Origin: Candidatus Bathyarchaeia archaeon
GTDB taxonomy: Archaea; Thermoproteota; Bathyarchaeia; Bathyarchaeales; Bathycorpusculaceae
DNA length: 64,000 bases
Assembly: GCA_049515895.1 (NCBI GenBank)
Contig: JBEKTQ010000001.1
Span: 128,001 to 192,000, forward strand
Direction of reading: 5' to 3'
The notes under the pieces are model-generated. The model saw only the letters and a list, made by a program, of their open reading frames with translations. It was not told where the DNA came from and did no database searches. This document shows positions 1 through 10,592 of this stretch, piece by piece (position 1 is the stretch's first letter; each line of letters opens with the position of its first letter). The position numbers and the translations under genes are program-made.

Positions 1-130
1 TGTGTAGACCGAACATTTCCATGTCGTCGCCAGTGTTGACAATCACAGACAAATCTTCTTCTTTCACTAGCTTAGTTAGGCCTGTTAGAAATCTTGCTGC
101 TCCAACCCCGCCAGCTAAAGCTGTAATCAA
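1..130 (-). CDS. cofD: 2-phospho-L-lactate transferase (F420 biosynthesis), N-terminal part, runs off the window edge
   Basis: Not in the ORF track. Manual translation from TTG at 130 gives MITALAGGVGAARFLTGL...LSVIVNTGDDMEMFGLH, the CofD N-terminal signature (GGxG, VIVNTGDD). Confidence 0.9.
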   Translation of the reverse strand, partial: MITALAGGVGAARFLTGLTKLVKEEDLSVIVNTGDDMEMFGLH

Positions 131-147
131 TAGCTTTCACTTCAAGA

Positions 148-606
148 TTAATGGTTATGTTTCTCCGAAACCCAGTATTCATCGGCAGAGCCTTTTTCGT
201 CGACTACACATTCTTTCTTGAAAATTGGTGCTTCGCTCTTATACCTCTCAACGGCTTCTCGGAGAACGTCAAAAACTTCTGTTCGATGGGAACCGGCAAC
301 TGCAACGTAAACTAAGTCGTCCCCAACTTTGAATTCTCCTAGTAAATGGTGAATTTGAACGTCAACTATCCCGGGCTTCTTGGTTAAGTCATCGCATATT
401 TTGCCGAGAACAAGGTCGGCTTTTTCTTCATAGGCTTCAAGATGCAGCTTCTCGACCTTTTGCCCCTCGACGGTATCACCGCGCACCACTCCGATGAAAA
501 GCCCTATCGCACCAGCTTTAGGGTAGTTGGGATCCTTTCTGATGTTATCAATAACATCCTGGACGGTGAAGCTTCCTTTCTCATGGACTCCCGCTCTTGC
601 CGACAA
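148..606 (-). CDS. moaE: Molybdopterin synthase catalytic subunit
   Basis: GAIGLFIGVVR, LEAY, HR and K-x3-PIFKKE motifs of MoaE. Confidence 0.92.
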   Translation of the reverse strand: MSARAGVHEKGSFTVQDVIDNIRKDPNYPKAGAIGLFIGVVRGDTVEGQKVEKLHLEAYEEKADLVLGKICDDLTKKPGIVDVQIHHLLGEFKVGDDLVYVAVAGSHRTEVFDVLREAVERYKSEAPIFKKECVVDEKGSADEYWVSEKHNH

Positions 607-695
607 TTACAATTCTCCCTCTGTTCGGATGAACTTTTTTGGATTAATACTTCTAATGTATTTTGCTTAAAGAAGGGCTTTGAAAATAAGGGTTG

Positions 696-1340
696 CTACG
701 CTTCAGCTACTTCAGGTGTTTCCGGCTCTGCCTCGGCTTCTTTCGTCTTCACCTGAGTCTCAGGTTGGGCTATAAGTTTAGATTTCCTAATTCCAACGTG
801 CCTAAGTGGTGCAACTTCTTTAGCTTGGTTGTAAATGTCTGAAGCGATTTTGCCAAGAACCATTTCTTGGACAAACTGATCAAGCGATAGCGCTTCGGCT
901 TTTTCATGGATTGTTTTATCCATCATCTTGCGGATTATCTTTTCCTGCGAGGTTTTTATTCTTGAAAGCGTCAGCGCTGAAACGGCGATTCTGAGTTTAT
1001 ATCCGTCTTTTGTGGTTAGGTTAATCAATGAATCAACTTTGGTTGTTCTTCTTCTAACTAAGCTGCGGAGATAATCCCGTGAGTACTCATGACCTTTAAA
1101 GAGGGTCTTTGCGGTTTTCGCGTCGATCTCATTAACTTGAAAGAACATTTTCAAATAGTGATGCGAAAAATCGGCAGTTATGTCGTAAAGTGTGGCTTCA
1201 ACAACTCTGCCGATCAGCTGTTCTGGTTCTTCAGCTGGGATAGAGCCTAACTCGACGTTGCCAAAGAAGGATGGTGCAACAACCATGTACCAACCTTTTC
1301 CACGCCATTTATCTTTTACATGTCTCGTTTTTGAAGACAA
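696..1340 (-). CDS. rps3ae: 30S ribosomal protein S3Ae (eS1)
   Basis: KDKWRGKGWY..APSFFG, GRVVEATLYDIT, RSLVRRRTTKVD motifs. Confidence 0.96.
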   Translation of the reverse strand: MSSKTRHVKDKWRGKGWYMVVAPSFFGNVELGSIPAEEPEQLIGRVVEATLYDITADFSHHYLKMFFQVNEIDAKTAKTLFKGHEYSRDYLRSLVRRRTTKVDSLINLTTKDGYKLRIAVSALTLSRIKTSQEKIIRKMMDKTIHEKAEALSLDQFVQEMVLGKIASDIYNQAKEVAPLRHVGIRKSKLIAQPETQVKTKEAEAEPETPEVAEA

Positions 1341-1391
1341 AGCTATTTCTCCGAACGCGCAGTCAACATTCTCATAGAAATATTAAAAGGT

Positions 1392-2681
1392 TTACCGTTT
1401 CCTGTCTATTTTTTCTCTGTTACCCATGTATTTCCGCAAGGCCATCGGGATATTTATTGTGCCGTCTTCTTGCTGATTGTTTTCCAGCAACGCGACAATG
1501 GTTCTGCCTGTTGCTACTGCTGTCGAATTTAAAGTGTGCACAAAACCTTTCGGCGCTGCGCCTTCTTTCTCCCGATATTTTATGCCTAAGCGTCTTGCTT
1601 GGTAATCAGTGCAGTTGCTACAGGAAACAACTTCCCGGTAACCGTTTTGAGCTGGCATCCACGCTTCAATATCGTATTTTTTGGCTGCCACAGTTCCGAT
1701 ATCGCCTGTGCAAACGTTCACCACGCGATAGGGTAACTCAAGCTTTTGAAGTAGCTCCTCGGCATTAAGAAGTAGTTCTTCGTGTAGTTTGGCTGAGTCT
1801 TGTGGTTTGCAAAAAATGAATTGCTCAATTTTATTAAACTGGTGTGTGCGGAAAATGCCTCTTGTGTCTTTGCCATGGGCGCCGGCTTCTTTCCTAAAGC
1901 AGGTGCTTATTCCAGCGAGTTTTATGGGCATTTCCTGTTCTTTTAACACTTCATTCATGTACATTGCAGCCATCGGATGCTCAGAAGTGGCTATCAAATA
2001 CAGGTCTTCATTTTCCACCTTGTAGAGCACCTCGGCGAAATCTCCCATTGCCGTCACACCCTCGTATGCTTCGCGAGTCATCAAGCATGGCGGAATAATT
2101 GCTGTAAAACCTTTCTTAGCTAACTCTTCGATAGCAAGGCTCATCAGCGCAATATCAAGCATTGCAACTTGGTTCTTGAGATAGAAGAATCTGGCTCCAG
2201 AAACTTTCCCGGCCCTCTCCATGTCAATTTGATCCAAAGCTAAAGCCAGATCAATATGGTTCTTTACGGGAAACGCAAAGGTTGGGATTGTCCCCCAAGT
2301 TTTAATTTGAACATTGTCTTTGTCGTCTTTCCCAAACGGGACACTGTTATCTAGCAAATTTGGCAGTTGCATGAGGTAACTGTGGGTTTTCTGTTCTTGC
2401 TGTGTAACCTGCTTTTCGATGTTCCTTATTTTTTCGTCAACTTCCTGTGCTCTGTGAACTTCGTCATCAGCTTCTTTACGAGCTTTCTTTAGTTTGGCGA
2501 TTTCTACAGTTACCTGTTTTCTCTGATGCCGCAACTCATTTAGTTTGGTGAGGTTCACTCGCCATTCCTTATCAACATCGATCAAGTCCTCGAGCATCTG
2601 GACGCATTGGGGGTTGCCACGTTTTGTAAGATTGTTTTTTACAAGTTCGGGATTCTCTCGGATAAGCTTGATATCTAACAT
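1392..2681 (-). CDS. serS: Serine--tRNA ligase (type 1)
   Basis: MLDIKLIREN start, N-terminal coiled coil, LIATSE, FRKEAG, GIFRTHQF, SCSNCTDYQARR, HTLNST. Confidence 0.97.
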   Translation of the reverse strand: MLDIKLIRENPELVKNNLTKRGNPQCVQMLEDLIDVDKEWRVNLTKLNELRHQRKQVTVEIAKLKKARKEADDEVHRAQEVDEKIRNIEKQVTQQEQKTHSYLMQLPNLLDNSVPFGKDDKDNVQIKTWGTIPTFAFPVKNHIDLALALDQIDMERAGKVSGARFFYLKNQVAMLDIALMSLAIEELAKKGFTAIIPPCLMTREAYEGVTAMGDFAEVLYKVENEDLYLIATSEHPMAAMYMNEVLKEQEMPIKLAGISTCFRKEAGAHGKDTRGIFRTHQFNKIEQFIFCKPQDSAKLHEELLLNAEELLQKLELPYRVVNVCTGDIGTVAAKKYDIEAWMPAQNGYREVVSCSNCTDYQARRLGIKYREKEGAAPKGFVHTLNSTAVATGRTIVALLENNQQEDGTINIPMALRKYMGNREKIDRKR

Positions 2682-3169
2682 TGCCCTTACACGCAAATTC
2701 CTTACTTAAGGGACTCGGCTATTTAACCTTGCAACATAAAAAAGAAACCCTAGAACGGATATTAGTAACTTGGAAATCGCAAAGCTAGAGATCGAAGAAG
2801 AAGACGATTGAAGGTAGCACTCTTCTCCTTTCAATAAACAGTTGGTCCTGAGACTGATTAAGCCTTAAATAAAAAGACTTAACTAAAAATCCTTTAGCGC
2901 TGACTATGAAAGCATTCCAAAGCAAGCACAGACCAGGTCCTTAATCATTCTTACTTTTGATTTTCATAGCCGCGCTCATTTTAGTCAGAGAATGTAACTT
3001 ACACTTGGCCCTAAATAAATAATTGAAGGAGTTAGATTCACGAACGGAACCGGACCACCCCAAGTGGCCTTCGTTGTCTTTTCTGCTTCTATGAGATTTG
3101 GCTACGAAAGATCAATCAAAAAATAGAAGAAAGTTTGGATCTGGTTCCCTGTTTGTTTTTGTGTTGAGT

Positions 3170-3457
3170 CTACTTTTTGCTTAGGGTTATCTCCATTGTG
3201 GAAACCATTCTGGACTTGCTTTCTCCCTCTCGCGGTGGCATCTCGACTGTTCCTATTGCGATTTTTGCAACTTTGAGGTCTTTAATGAATCGGTTTCTTG
3301 CTATTTCAGCAACGTCAACAGCCGTGGTTATAGCTTGGCCTCGCGCTTTCAAAGTGATTGCATTCATGTTGCTTGAGGAGAGGCTGGTCATGATTGCCAG
3401 AACATAGCTCATCGGAGGTTTGTTTCCCACAAAGATAACGTCTGGGTTTTCAGTCAT
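3170..3457 (-). CDS. albA: DNA/RNA-binding protein Alba
   Basis: IFVGNKPPMSYVLA, LKARGQAITTAVDVAE, VSTMEI. Confidence 0.95.
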   Translation of the reverse strand: MTENPDVIFVGNKPPMSYVLAIMTSLSSSNMNAITLKARGQAITTAVDVAEIARNRFIKDLKVAKIAIGTVEMPPREGESKSRMVSTMEITLSKK

Positions 3458-3689
3458 TTTCTTTACTCCTTTTTGTGGTTTGCTTTGGTTACGTTACCTT
3501 TACTTGCGATTGCTCGTAACGGAAACGTTGACTTCCAACTAATATTGTTCCTGCTTATAAGTTCATTGAATACAAAACTCTGCAGAGCCAAAAAAGAAGC
3601 AGCATCAACTTTGCAAGCAGGCAACGGGAAAGGCTTTTCTACAGCTAAACCATAATGAGCTTTAACACCCGACAAGCCGAGAGTTACTC

Positions 3690-4325
3690 TTGCTAACGAA
3701 ACTCAAGAAAAAAGTCCAGCAAATGCTAACTTCCCAAGCGCAGGCGGCGCATAAAATAGGCCTAACTCCCAACAAAGTAAGCCTCATCGGCTTCATTCTC
3801 GCTTTTGCTTCCGCTGTCGCATACGGGATGGCTCAAAATCATATTTGGCTTTTGCTTTTTGCCACGGTTTTTCTCTTGGCTTCAGGTTTCTGCGACACGC
3901 TTGACGGAATCATTGCAAGAACCTTCCAGCAAGTAACCGTTTTCGGCGGCTTCTTTGACTCCGTTCTCGACAGGTACGCGGACGCGATAGTTTTTGCCGC
4001 CATAATAATCGCTGGGTTATGTAACCCTGCTTGGGGTGTATTTTGGGGTCCAGTCTGGGCCTTGGCTACTCTAACCGGTTCTTTCCTTGTAAGTTATAGC
4101 AGGGCAAGAGCTGAAGCTGCAGGATTAAAAATGGAGTCAGTCGGTTTCGCTGAACGGGCAGAACGAATGCTGATTTTAGCCGCTGTGAGCGTGATCGCCT
4201 TTTTCTGGTTACCTGCCTTAGGTTATGGCGTAGCCTTGTTGGCGGTGCTTTCTAACTTCACAGTTATACAAAGAGCACTCTACGTCTATAAAGAATTAAA
4301 GAGAAAAACAGTTTCAGTTAATTAA
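3690..4325 (+). CDS. CDP-alcohol phosphatidyltransferase (archaetidylinositol-phosphate synthase-like)
   Basis: TPN motif and DTLDGIIAR...GGFFDSVLDRYAD signature; several TM segments. Confidence 0.9.
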   Translation: MLTKLKKKVQQMLTSQAQAAHKIGLTPNKVSLIGFILAFASAVAYGMAQNHIWLLLFATVFLLASGFCDTLDGIIARTFQQVTVFGGFFDSVLDRYADAIVFAAIIIAGLCNPAWGVFWGPVWALATLTGSFLVSYSRARAEAAGLKMESVGFAERAERMLILAAVSVIAFFWLPALGYGVALLAVLSNFTVIQRALYVYKELKRKTVSVN

Positions 4326-4612
4326 TATCTTCTTCGGGCTCTTGAGTGACGCTCGCTTTCGGCTCTAACATTCACTATTCCTCGGTGAACAGCACACGAT
4401 ATGCAGTAGTATTTCGTGTCCACCCATGAAGCGAGAAATGTACCTTTTTGCCTGAGTTCCTTAGCTAACTGAGGTTCAACAAACGACACCCGGCGAGTAG
4501 ATCTCTTTGCTTTATCACGTGGCACCATCGCCCCGCAATTAGCGCATTGAACAAGGCTGCTACTTCCTTTGCTTCCTTTTGATCTCCCTCGGCTTTTTCG
4601 TTTAGATGGCAA
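4322..4612 (-). CDS. rps26e: 30S ribosomal protein S26e (eS26)
   Basis: MPSKRKSRGRSK, CANCGAMVPRDKA, YCISCAVHRGIV. Confidence 0.95.
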   Translation of the reverse strand: MPSKRKSRGRSKGSKGSSSLVQCANCGAMVPRDKAKRSTRRVSFVEPQLAKELRQKGTFLASWVDTKYYCISCAVHRGIVNVRAESERHSRARRRY

Positions 4613-4663
4613 TTATTTTTAACCTCTGTCTCTTCTATTTTTCACATTAAGCATTAAACTATC

Positions 4664-5572
4664 TTATATATCTGCTCTTAACTTTAACAAAGAAGCGACG
4701 TTCGCTTCCCGATTTATCAAAGGAATAATTTTTCCGTCAGCCGATGTCATCAAAGTTGTAACTCCGGGTCCATGGCCAGCGATGACACAGTTTGAATGAA
4801 TGACTACACCCACTGAAACTGCGCCTTGACGGTAAATCCTTCCGAACGAGTGGTCAGCGTCAACTATTGCAACCAAATCGCCAAGCCTCAAGCTTTCCAA
4901 TTGGTATTGGTCAACAACTGCTTTATCGAACAATTGAATATCGTAGTCTCCCGAGTTAACTTGGTTTGCACCCAGGCCTGAACCCATAACTGCAGCTGGA
5001 ACGACGTGCGTAACAGGCACTGCAAGCTTATCCTCTTTCGGCTGCGGATCCCATACCGCAAGCAATGCGGGGTCCATATTGAAGATTCTAATGTCGGGAA
5101 AATCAACCAGTTTTAAACCCGTTCCGAAGGCTTTCACAAGAATCCTGTCTCCAAGCACAAGTTTATCTAAAATGCCTGAGGGAAAATCAACTAGCACATG
5201 CTCGATTCCGCCATGCTTTCCCGTTACAACTCCTCTGCCGCCTTTGCCGTCACCATTGACTACTGTTGCTTCATTACCTACACATGATAGCACATTGAAA
5301 GCTGTGTTAGCTGCCTGTCCTGACCGTGCATCGTTTTCCTTGTTTTCTACGCTAACGCCTGGTTCTACATGGTCAGCTTCCCAACCGCACGCGGGGTCGC
5401 CGACTCTTAGATTATAGGTTATGCCTCCTACACTGGGCAGCACCAGCGGTTGTCCCGTTGCCGAGATATTGTAGACTGACCTGATGGTTGGACTGGCTAT
5501 TTCACCCATTACCGAGATTTTCATGAGTCTTTCAGCGTTCGTTTTCAGCATAAATTGTTCACCGTTGGGCAT
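4664..5572 (-). CDS. DUF4438-like family protein
   Basis: LPSVGGITYN, ADHVEPGVS, GKHGG, MGSGLG, DYDI, GHGPG motifs recalled for DUF4438; function unknown. Confidence 0.75.
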   Translation of the reverse strand: MPNGEQFMLKTNAERLMKISVMGEIASPTIRSVYNISATGQPLVLPSVGGITYNLRVGDPACGWEADHVEPGVSVENKENDARSGQAANTAFNVLSCVGNEATVVNGDGKGGRGVVTGKHGGIEHVLVDFPSGILDKLVLGDRILVKAFGTGLKLVDFPDIRIFNMDPALLAVWDPQPKEDKLAVPVTHVVPAAVMGSGLGANQVNSGDYDIQLFDKAVVDQYQLESLRLGDLVAIVDADHSFGRIYRQGAVSVGVVIHSNCVIAGHGPGVTTLMTSADGKIIPLINREANVASLLKLRADI

Positions 5573-5706
5573 TACGTCCTATCTGTGGAAGTGGCTAATA
5601 AAACTTCATGGGTGGAGTTTCCAACCGAAGCAAATCTTAAATTATGCGTCTCTTTATTGTTGCATTGGAAGTTAAGCCTCCTAAAATTGTTGGAAGTGAA
5701 ATTTCA

Positions 5707-6285
5707 ATGTCTGAAATCGGATTGAGAACAAAAATGCTAGTTCGGGACGTAATGAGCAGCCCCGTCGTCACGATGACTGAAAATGCAGCTTCTAACCTTG
5801 CTGCCGCTGCCATGGACCAGAACGATTTAGGGTGCGTAATAGTCACTAACAAGGCTGGTAAATCAATCGGCATAATCACGGAGCGGGATTTGGTTGTCAG
5901 GGTTTTAGCGAAGAATCTTAAGCCTGACACCGTGAAAGCAAAAGAAATCATGACAACCCCATTGGTCACTATTGAGCCTGAAGCGACAATCAGTGAAGCG
6001 GCGAGAAGAATGAACAGGCTAGATATCAGAAGGCTTGGCGTTATCTACAAGGGCAACCTTGTCGGCATAATCACGGCAAAAGATGTTTTAGGCGTGATGC
6101 CTGAGTTGATCGAGATAATTCAGGAAAGAACACGCATTGAAGGTGCCGCGCGCACAGAAGAAGGTGAAGAAGTTCCTCTTTCAGGATACTGTGACCGCTG
6201 CAACATTTACTCGGAAAGCCTCAAAGAACGGAACGGACAAAACATCTGCGACGAATGCCGAATTGAGCTGGAACAAGAAAAGTAA
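5707..6285 (+). CDS. CBS-pair domain protein with C-terminal zinc ribbon
   Basis: Two CBS repeats (VRDVM, GIITERD, AKEIMTTP, GIITAKD) plus CDRC...CDEC; ATG at 5707 preferred. Confidence 0.88.
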   Translation: MSEIGLRTKMLVRDVMSSPVVTMTENAASNLAAAAMDQNDLGCVIVTNKAGKSIGIITERDLVVRVLAKNLKPDTVKAKEIMTTPLVTIEPEATISEAARRMNRLDIRRLGVIYKGNLVGIITAKDVLGVMPELIEIIQERTRIEGAARTEEGEEVPLSGYCDRCNIYSESLKERNGQNICDECRIELEQEK

Positions 6286-6674
6286 GGGCAAGACTTGTTT
6301 TAGGTTTTGATTTCATATTAGTTGCCCAGTGCGTGTTGGAGCACCGCAACCCCATAACGCAGGAGGCTTTTCACAGCACTTGCTCTTTTTCTCGGGACAA
6401 ATGCGACGCCGTTGATTAAGCCGTACAAGGATAGAGCGGTCATGGTTAGGAACGAAGATTTCGAGTAAACAGCAAGCTTCAAAATTAGAAGAAACAGTTT
6501 TGAAAAAGCGCCATCCGAATTCCCTGAAACAACAATCATGCTCTTTTCATGCAACAGTTATCTTTAAAAGAAAAGTTAAGGCTTTTGTCTAATTCTGTTT
6601 GTTTCATTTGCCTGCAGGCGACCGCGATAAGTTTTTAACCAAACCATCCGCTATTCAATTGACCGTGAACTGGT

Positions 6675-8021
6675 TTGATTGTTGATTCTGTCCTTACAAA
6701 CCTCAAAGCTTACCTCAACGGGCAAATCGTCGACTGCAGCATAGCCATTGAAGACGGCAAGATCTATAAAATCGGCAAAGAAACCCAAATGCCCAGCGCT
6801 GACCAAAAGACCAACCTGAAAAGCCACCTTGTTCTGCCAGGCTTGATTGACGAGCACGTCCACTTGCGAGACGAACGGAAAGCATACAAAGAAGACTTCC
6901 AAACAGGTACCGCCGCCGCAGCGGCAGGAGGCTTCACCACCGTTTTGGATATGCCTAACAACGAGCCTGTCACAATGAGCGTCGGTGCATTGAGGGACCG
7001 TATGGGGTTAGCCCAAAGAAGAATTCTGGTTAACGTTGGCTTTTACTCTGAATTTCCAAGAAAACTTGCTGAAACCGAAGACATTGTTTCTGAAGGCGCG
7101 GTTGGGTTTAAACTTTTTATGGGTTCCCAAATAGGCGGAATAAACGTTGACGACGACGAAGAACTGCAGGACGCTTTCAAGAAAGTTGCGCCGTTAGGTG
7201 TTACTGTTGCTGTACACGCAGAAGACAAAGCCATGCTAACAGCAAATGAGAACAAACTTAAGCAAGCCAAAAAATACAGCGTTTCGGCTTTCCAAAACGC
7301 TCATTCTGAGATGGTTGAAGCAAAAGCCGTCGAACGTCTACTGAAAATAAGCGCTTCGATTGATGTGCGTTTGCATTTCTGTCACGTGTCCACGAAAGAG
7401 GGTTTGAATGCAATCGTAGAAGCGAAGAAAGCAGGCAGGACGGTAACCTGCGAAGTTACGCCTAACCACCTTTTACTGTCAACTGATGATTTGGAACGTT
7501 TGGGGCAAATGTTGATTATGGCGCCGCCGCTTCGCAGCAAAGACCAAGTTGAAGCGCTATGGAAGGGGTTGGAGTCGGGATGGTTTGATTCTTTGGGGTC
7601 CGACCACGCGCCGCATGCTTTAAGCGAGAAGGCCGCGAGCAGCGTTTGGGACGTTAAAGCCGGCGTTCCAGGGTTAGAAACTACTCTGCCTCTTATCTTG
7701 ACAGCTGTCAGGAAGAATCGCTTATCTTTGACTCAAGCAATTGAGCTTTTGGCGGAAAAGCCCGCGGAAATGTTTGGTTTGGTTGACCAGGGTCGTTTGG
7801 AGAGGGGTAAGAACGCGGATTTAACGGTGGTGGATTTCAACAGCAAATTCAAGATTGACGCTTCAAAATTCAAGTCTAAAGCTAAGTATTCCCCGTATGA
7901 CGGCTGGGAAGTTCAAGGAAAACCAGAGAAAACTTTCGTCGGCGGCCTGCTGGTTTTTGACGAAGGCGAAGTAGTCGCAAAGCCGGGCAGTGGCTCTCTT
8001 ATTCGGAGAGGCAAGATGTGA
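6675..8021 (+). CDS. pyrC: Dihydroorotase (amidohydrolase family)
   Basis: PGLIDEHVHLR, AAAAGGFTTVLDMPN, HAED, CHVST, CEVTPNHL, GSDHAPH. Confidence 0.85.
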   Translation: MIVDSVLTNLKAYLNGQIVDCSIAIEDGKIYKIGKETQMPSADQKTNLKSHLVLPGLIDEHVHLRDERKAYKEDFQTGTAAAAAGGFTTVLDMPNNEPVTMSVGALRDRMGLAQRRILVNVGFYSEFPRKLAETEDIVSEGAVGFKLFMGSQIGGINVDDDEELQDAFKKVAPLGVTVAVHAEDKAMLTANENKLKQAKKYSVSAFQNAHSEMVEAKAVERLLKISASIDVRLHFCHVSTKEGLNAIVEAKKAGRTVTCEVTPNHLLLSTDDLERLGQMLIMAPPLRSKDQVEALWKGLESGWFDSLGSDHAPHALSEKAASSVWDVKAGVPGLETTLPLILTAVRKNRLSLTQAIELLAEKPAEMFGLVDQGRLERGKNADLTVVDFNSKFKIDASKFKSKAKYSPYDGWEVQGKPEKTFVGGLLVFDEGEVVAKPGSGSLIRRGKM

Positions 8022-8506
8022 AGTTCTTAGCCGACAGTATGCTGGGAAAACTTGCACGTTGGCAACGCATGCTAGGACAAGACGTTACGTACAACGTTCA
8101 ACTGAACGATAACGAGATTCTCGATTTAGCGAAGAAGGAAAATCGTGTTGTGCTAACCAAAGATTTAGAGCTTTACCGACGCGCCGCCGCTACAGGTGTT
8201 GATGCTTTTTTTGTTGAAGGTAAATCGGAATCTGAACGGTTGGCGGAAGTTGCCGAAAGGTATGGGTTGACTTTAGCGATTGATATGGAAAAATCAAATT
8301 GTCCCGTATGCAACACGAAGCTTAAGGATACTCCTAAGGAGCAACTTTCAGACGAATTGAAGAAGAACACGTTCACTTATTACGAAAAGTTTTGGAAGTG
8401 CCCAAACTGCGGACAAATTTACTGGCAGGGAGCCCACTGGAAGCAAATCAGCAATACTCTAGGTGAAGCGCGAACGAAACTGCAAAAAATAAAAGAAAAA
8501 AGTTGA
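8018..8506 (+). CDS. Mut7-C RNase domain protein (PIN fold plus zinc ribbon)
   Basis: KFLADSMLGKLARW, LTKD, CPVCN, CPNCGQIYWQGAH. Confidence 0.9.
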   Translation: MKFLADSMLGKLARWQRMLGQDVTYNVQLNDNEILDLAKKENRVVLTKDLELYRRAAATGVDAFFVEGKSESERLAEVAERYGLTLAIDMEKSNCPVCNTKLKDTPKEQLSDELKKNTFTYYEKFWKCPNCGQIYWQGAHWKQISNTLGEARTKLQKIKEKS

Positions 8507-8509
8507 GGC

Positions 8510-8752
8510 TTAAGTTAGCCATTTTAACGGTATGTCTTGGAAGGTTCCGTCGGGTAATGTCCGCCTGATAGTTATCGGCAGTATTGATGCGTCAAGTTCC
8601 TTTAAAGCTATGTCGATGGGATTAGTATTTTCACTTGCGTCCACCAAAATCGGTGCTCCCATCGAGATTTGAAGAGCTCTAGCTCCAACTATTCTTGCTT
8701 TCTCGAAGCGAGTAATCTTCGGTGGTCCAACGTTTATTTTTTGTTCTGACGT
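8510..8752 (-). CDS. rpoK: DNA-directed RNA polymerase subunit Rpo6/K, apparent non-canonical ACG start
   Basis: Missed by the ORF track. Manual translation: (T/M)[36 protein letters not shown]...PIDIALKEL...[12 protein letters not shown]...KWLT*. Confidence 0.93.
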   Translation of the reverse strand, partial: TSEQKINVGPPKITRFEKARIVGARALQISMGAPILVDASENTNPIDIALKELDASILPITIRRTLPDGTFQDIPLKWLT

Positions 8753-8755
8753 ATT

Positions 8756-10438
8756 TTAGTACTCTCCAGCACCTGGATATCCGCCCATTCCACCCATGCC
8801 TCCCATGCCGCCGCCCATTCCGCCTGGAGGTGTCGGTGGACCTTTCATTTTGCCTGAAGCGATAACGTCGTCGACTTTAAGTATCATGGATGCTGCTTCG
8901 TTTGCAGACTTAATTATCTGTTTTTTTACTGAGAGCGGTTCGAAAATGTTTACTTTTGACATGTCTTGTACTTTTCCTTCTAAAACCTCGATGCCAGCCC
9001 ATGTCTCTCCTTTTTCATGTCTGGTTCTTAGTTCTATAAGTATGTCAACCGGGTCTAAGCCAGCGTTTTCAGCCAGTGTCACAGCTATAGATTCGAGGGC
9101 TTCTGCGAAAACTCTAACTGCAATCTGCTCTCTACCTGGCATTGTTTCAGCATACTTCCTGAGTACGCTTGCCATTTCCATTTCGGGAGCGCTTCCTCCA
9201 GCAACAATTTTCGGCTCTTGGATTAAGTCTCTGATAACGCAGAGTGCGTCGTGGATTGAGCGTTCTGCCTCAGCGGTCATGCGTTGCGTCGCGCCCCTGA
9301 CTAGGAGGGTTACTGCTTTTGGGTTCTTGCAGCCTTCAATGAAAGTCATCTTGTCATCGCCGATTTTGCGTTCCTCAACTAAAGCTGCGTACCCAAGATC
9401 TGAGGGTGAAATAGCGTTTATGCTTGATACTATCTTTCCGCCTGTAGCTCTTGCCAGCTTCTCCATGTCGGACTTCTTGGCTCTTCTAATAGCGATTACT
9501 CCTTTTCTTGAAAGGAAATGCTGAGCCATGTCATCTATGCCTTTTTGGCACACAACTACGTTTGCCCCTGAAGCCAAAATTTTGTTTGTCATATCTCTGA
9601 GCATCGTTTCTTCTTCTCTAAGGAAGGCTTCAATCATGTCTGGGCTTTCAATGGTTATTTTAGAATCTAACTCGGTTTTTTCGATTTCTAAAGAAGCATC
9701 TATTAATGCAATCTTTGCTTTCTCCATCCGCTTAGGCATGCCTGACTGAACGATTTCCTTGTCTAGCAGTATGCCGTTGATAAGTGTTGTATCCATAAGT
9801 GACTCGCCTGTTTTCTTCTCAACCTTTACGTCGTCAACATCTACTTTGTAGACGCCGTTTTGCTTTTCAGCGACTGCGAGCATCGCTTTAACCGCTAAAT
9901 CAGCTAAGTAATCCTTGTGTTCAGCGACGATCTTGCTCCCCATGGCAGTTGTGGCGGCTTTTTTCAGAAATTCTTCCGATTTCAAATCAACTGGCAGTGC
10001 TATTTTCTCAAGGGTTTCTAGCGCTTTTTCGGCTGCCTTCCTGTAACCGTCAATTATTACTGTTGGATGAATGTTTTTTTCGATAAGTTCTTCTGCTCTG
10101 CTGAGAAGCTCACCTGCTATTATGACTGCGGATGTTGTTCCATCTCCTGCTTCATTGTCCTGTGTCTTGGCAACTTCAACAAGCATTTTGGCGGCTGGAT
10201 GCTGAACATCCATCTCATCCAAAATAGTGCGGCCATCACTTGTTATTGTGGTGTCTCCAAAGTTGTCAACTAACATTTTATCCATGCCTTTTGGACCTAA
10301 AGCGCTCCTGACGCTTTCAGCAACAACTTTAGCGGCAGTAATGTTTCCGTGCTGCGCCTCTCTCCCGCGGGACCTGTTTGAACCCTCTTTCATAACCAGA
10401 ACGGGTACTCCCCCCGCTTGTGTTGGAAATGATGACAA
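8756..10438 (-). CDS. ths: Thermosome (group II chaperonin) subunit
   Basis: [22 protein letters not shown] motifs and a GGM-rich C-terminal tail. Confidence 0.97.
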   Translation of the reverse strand: MSSFPTQAGGVPVLVMKEGSNRSRGREAQHGNITAAKVVAESVRSALGPKGMDKMLVDNFGDTTITSDGRTILDEMDVQHPAAKMLVEVAKTQDNEAGDGTTSAVIIAGELLSRAEELIEKNIHPTVIIDGYRKAAEKALETLEKIALPVDLKSEEFLKKAATTAMGSKIVAEHKDYLADLAVKAMLAVAEKQNGVYKVDVDDVKVEKKTGESLMDTTLINGILLDKEIVQSGMPKRMEKAKIALIDASLEIEKTELDSKITIESPDMIEAFLREEETMLRDMTNKILASGANVVVCQKGIDDMAQHFLSRKGVIAIRRAKKSDMEKLARATGGKIVSSINAISPSDLGYAALVEERKIGDDKMTFIEGCKNPKAVTLLVRGATQRMTAEAERSIHDALCVIRDLIQEPKIVAGGSAPEMEMASVLRKYAETMPGREQIAVRVFAEALESIAVTLAENAGLDPVDILIELRTRHEKGETWAGIEVLEGKVQDMSKVNIFEPLSVKKQIIKSANEAASMILKVDDVIASGKMKGPPTPPGGMGGGMGGMGGMGGYPGAGEY

Positions 10439-10592
10439 ATCAAGTAAACCTCCATTTATAATGCGAACAACAACAAATATTACTAGCCATATAAGTTTTT
10501 CTAGGCGAGGTAAGCTGATTAAAGCCTAGGCGGGTCGGTTTTGCATCATTTTGTCATTTTTCGGGGTTTGCCTGTTTTCTTTTAGCCGTCGC

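Noticed and set aside
2700-3169. ~470-bp gap between albA and serS with a small hairpin near 3040-3076
   Set aside because: Only very short ORFs and a 6-bp stem; no recognisable RNA motif, so not enough to call.
3463-3675. Overlapping 60-70 aa ORFs between albA and the phosphatidyltransferase
   Set aside because: No motifs; they occupy the divergent promoter region.
6318-6554. 78-aa minus-strand ORF
   Set aside because: No recognisable features; cannot be told from chance.
8770-8830. Repetitive GC-rich tract
   Set aside because: It encodes the normal GGM tail of the thermosome.
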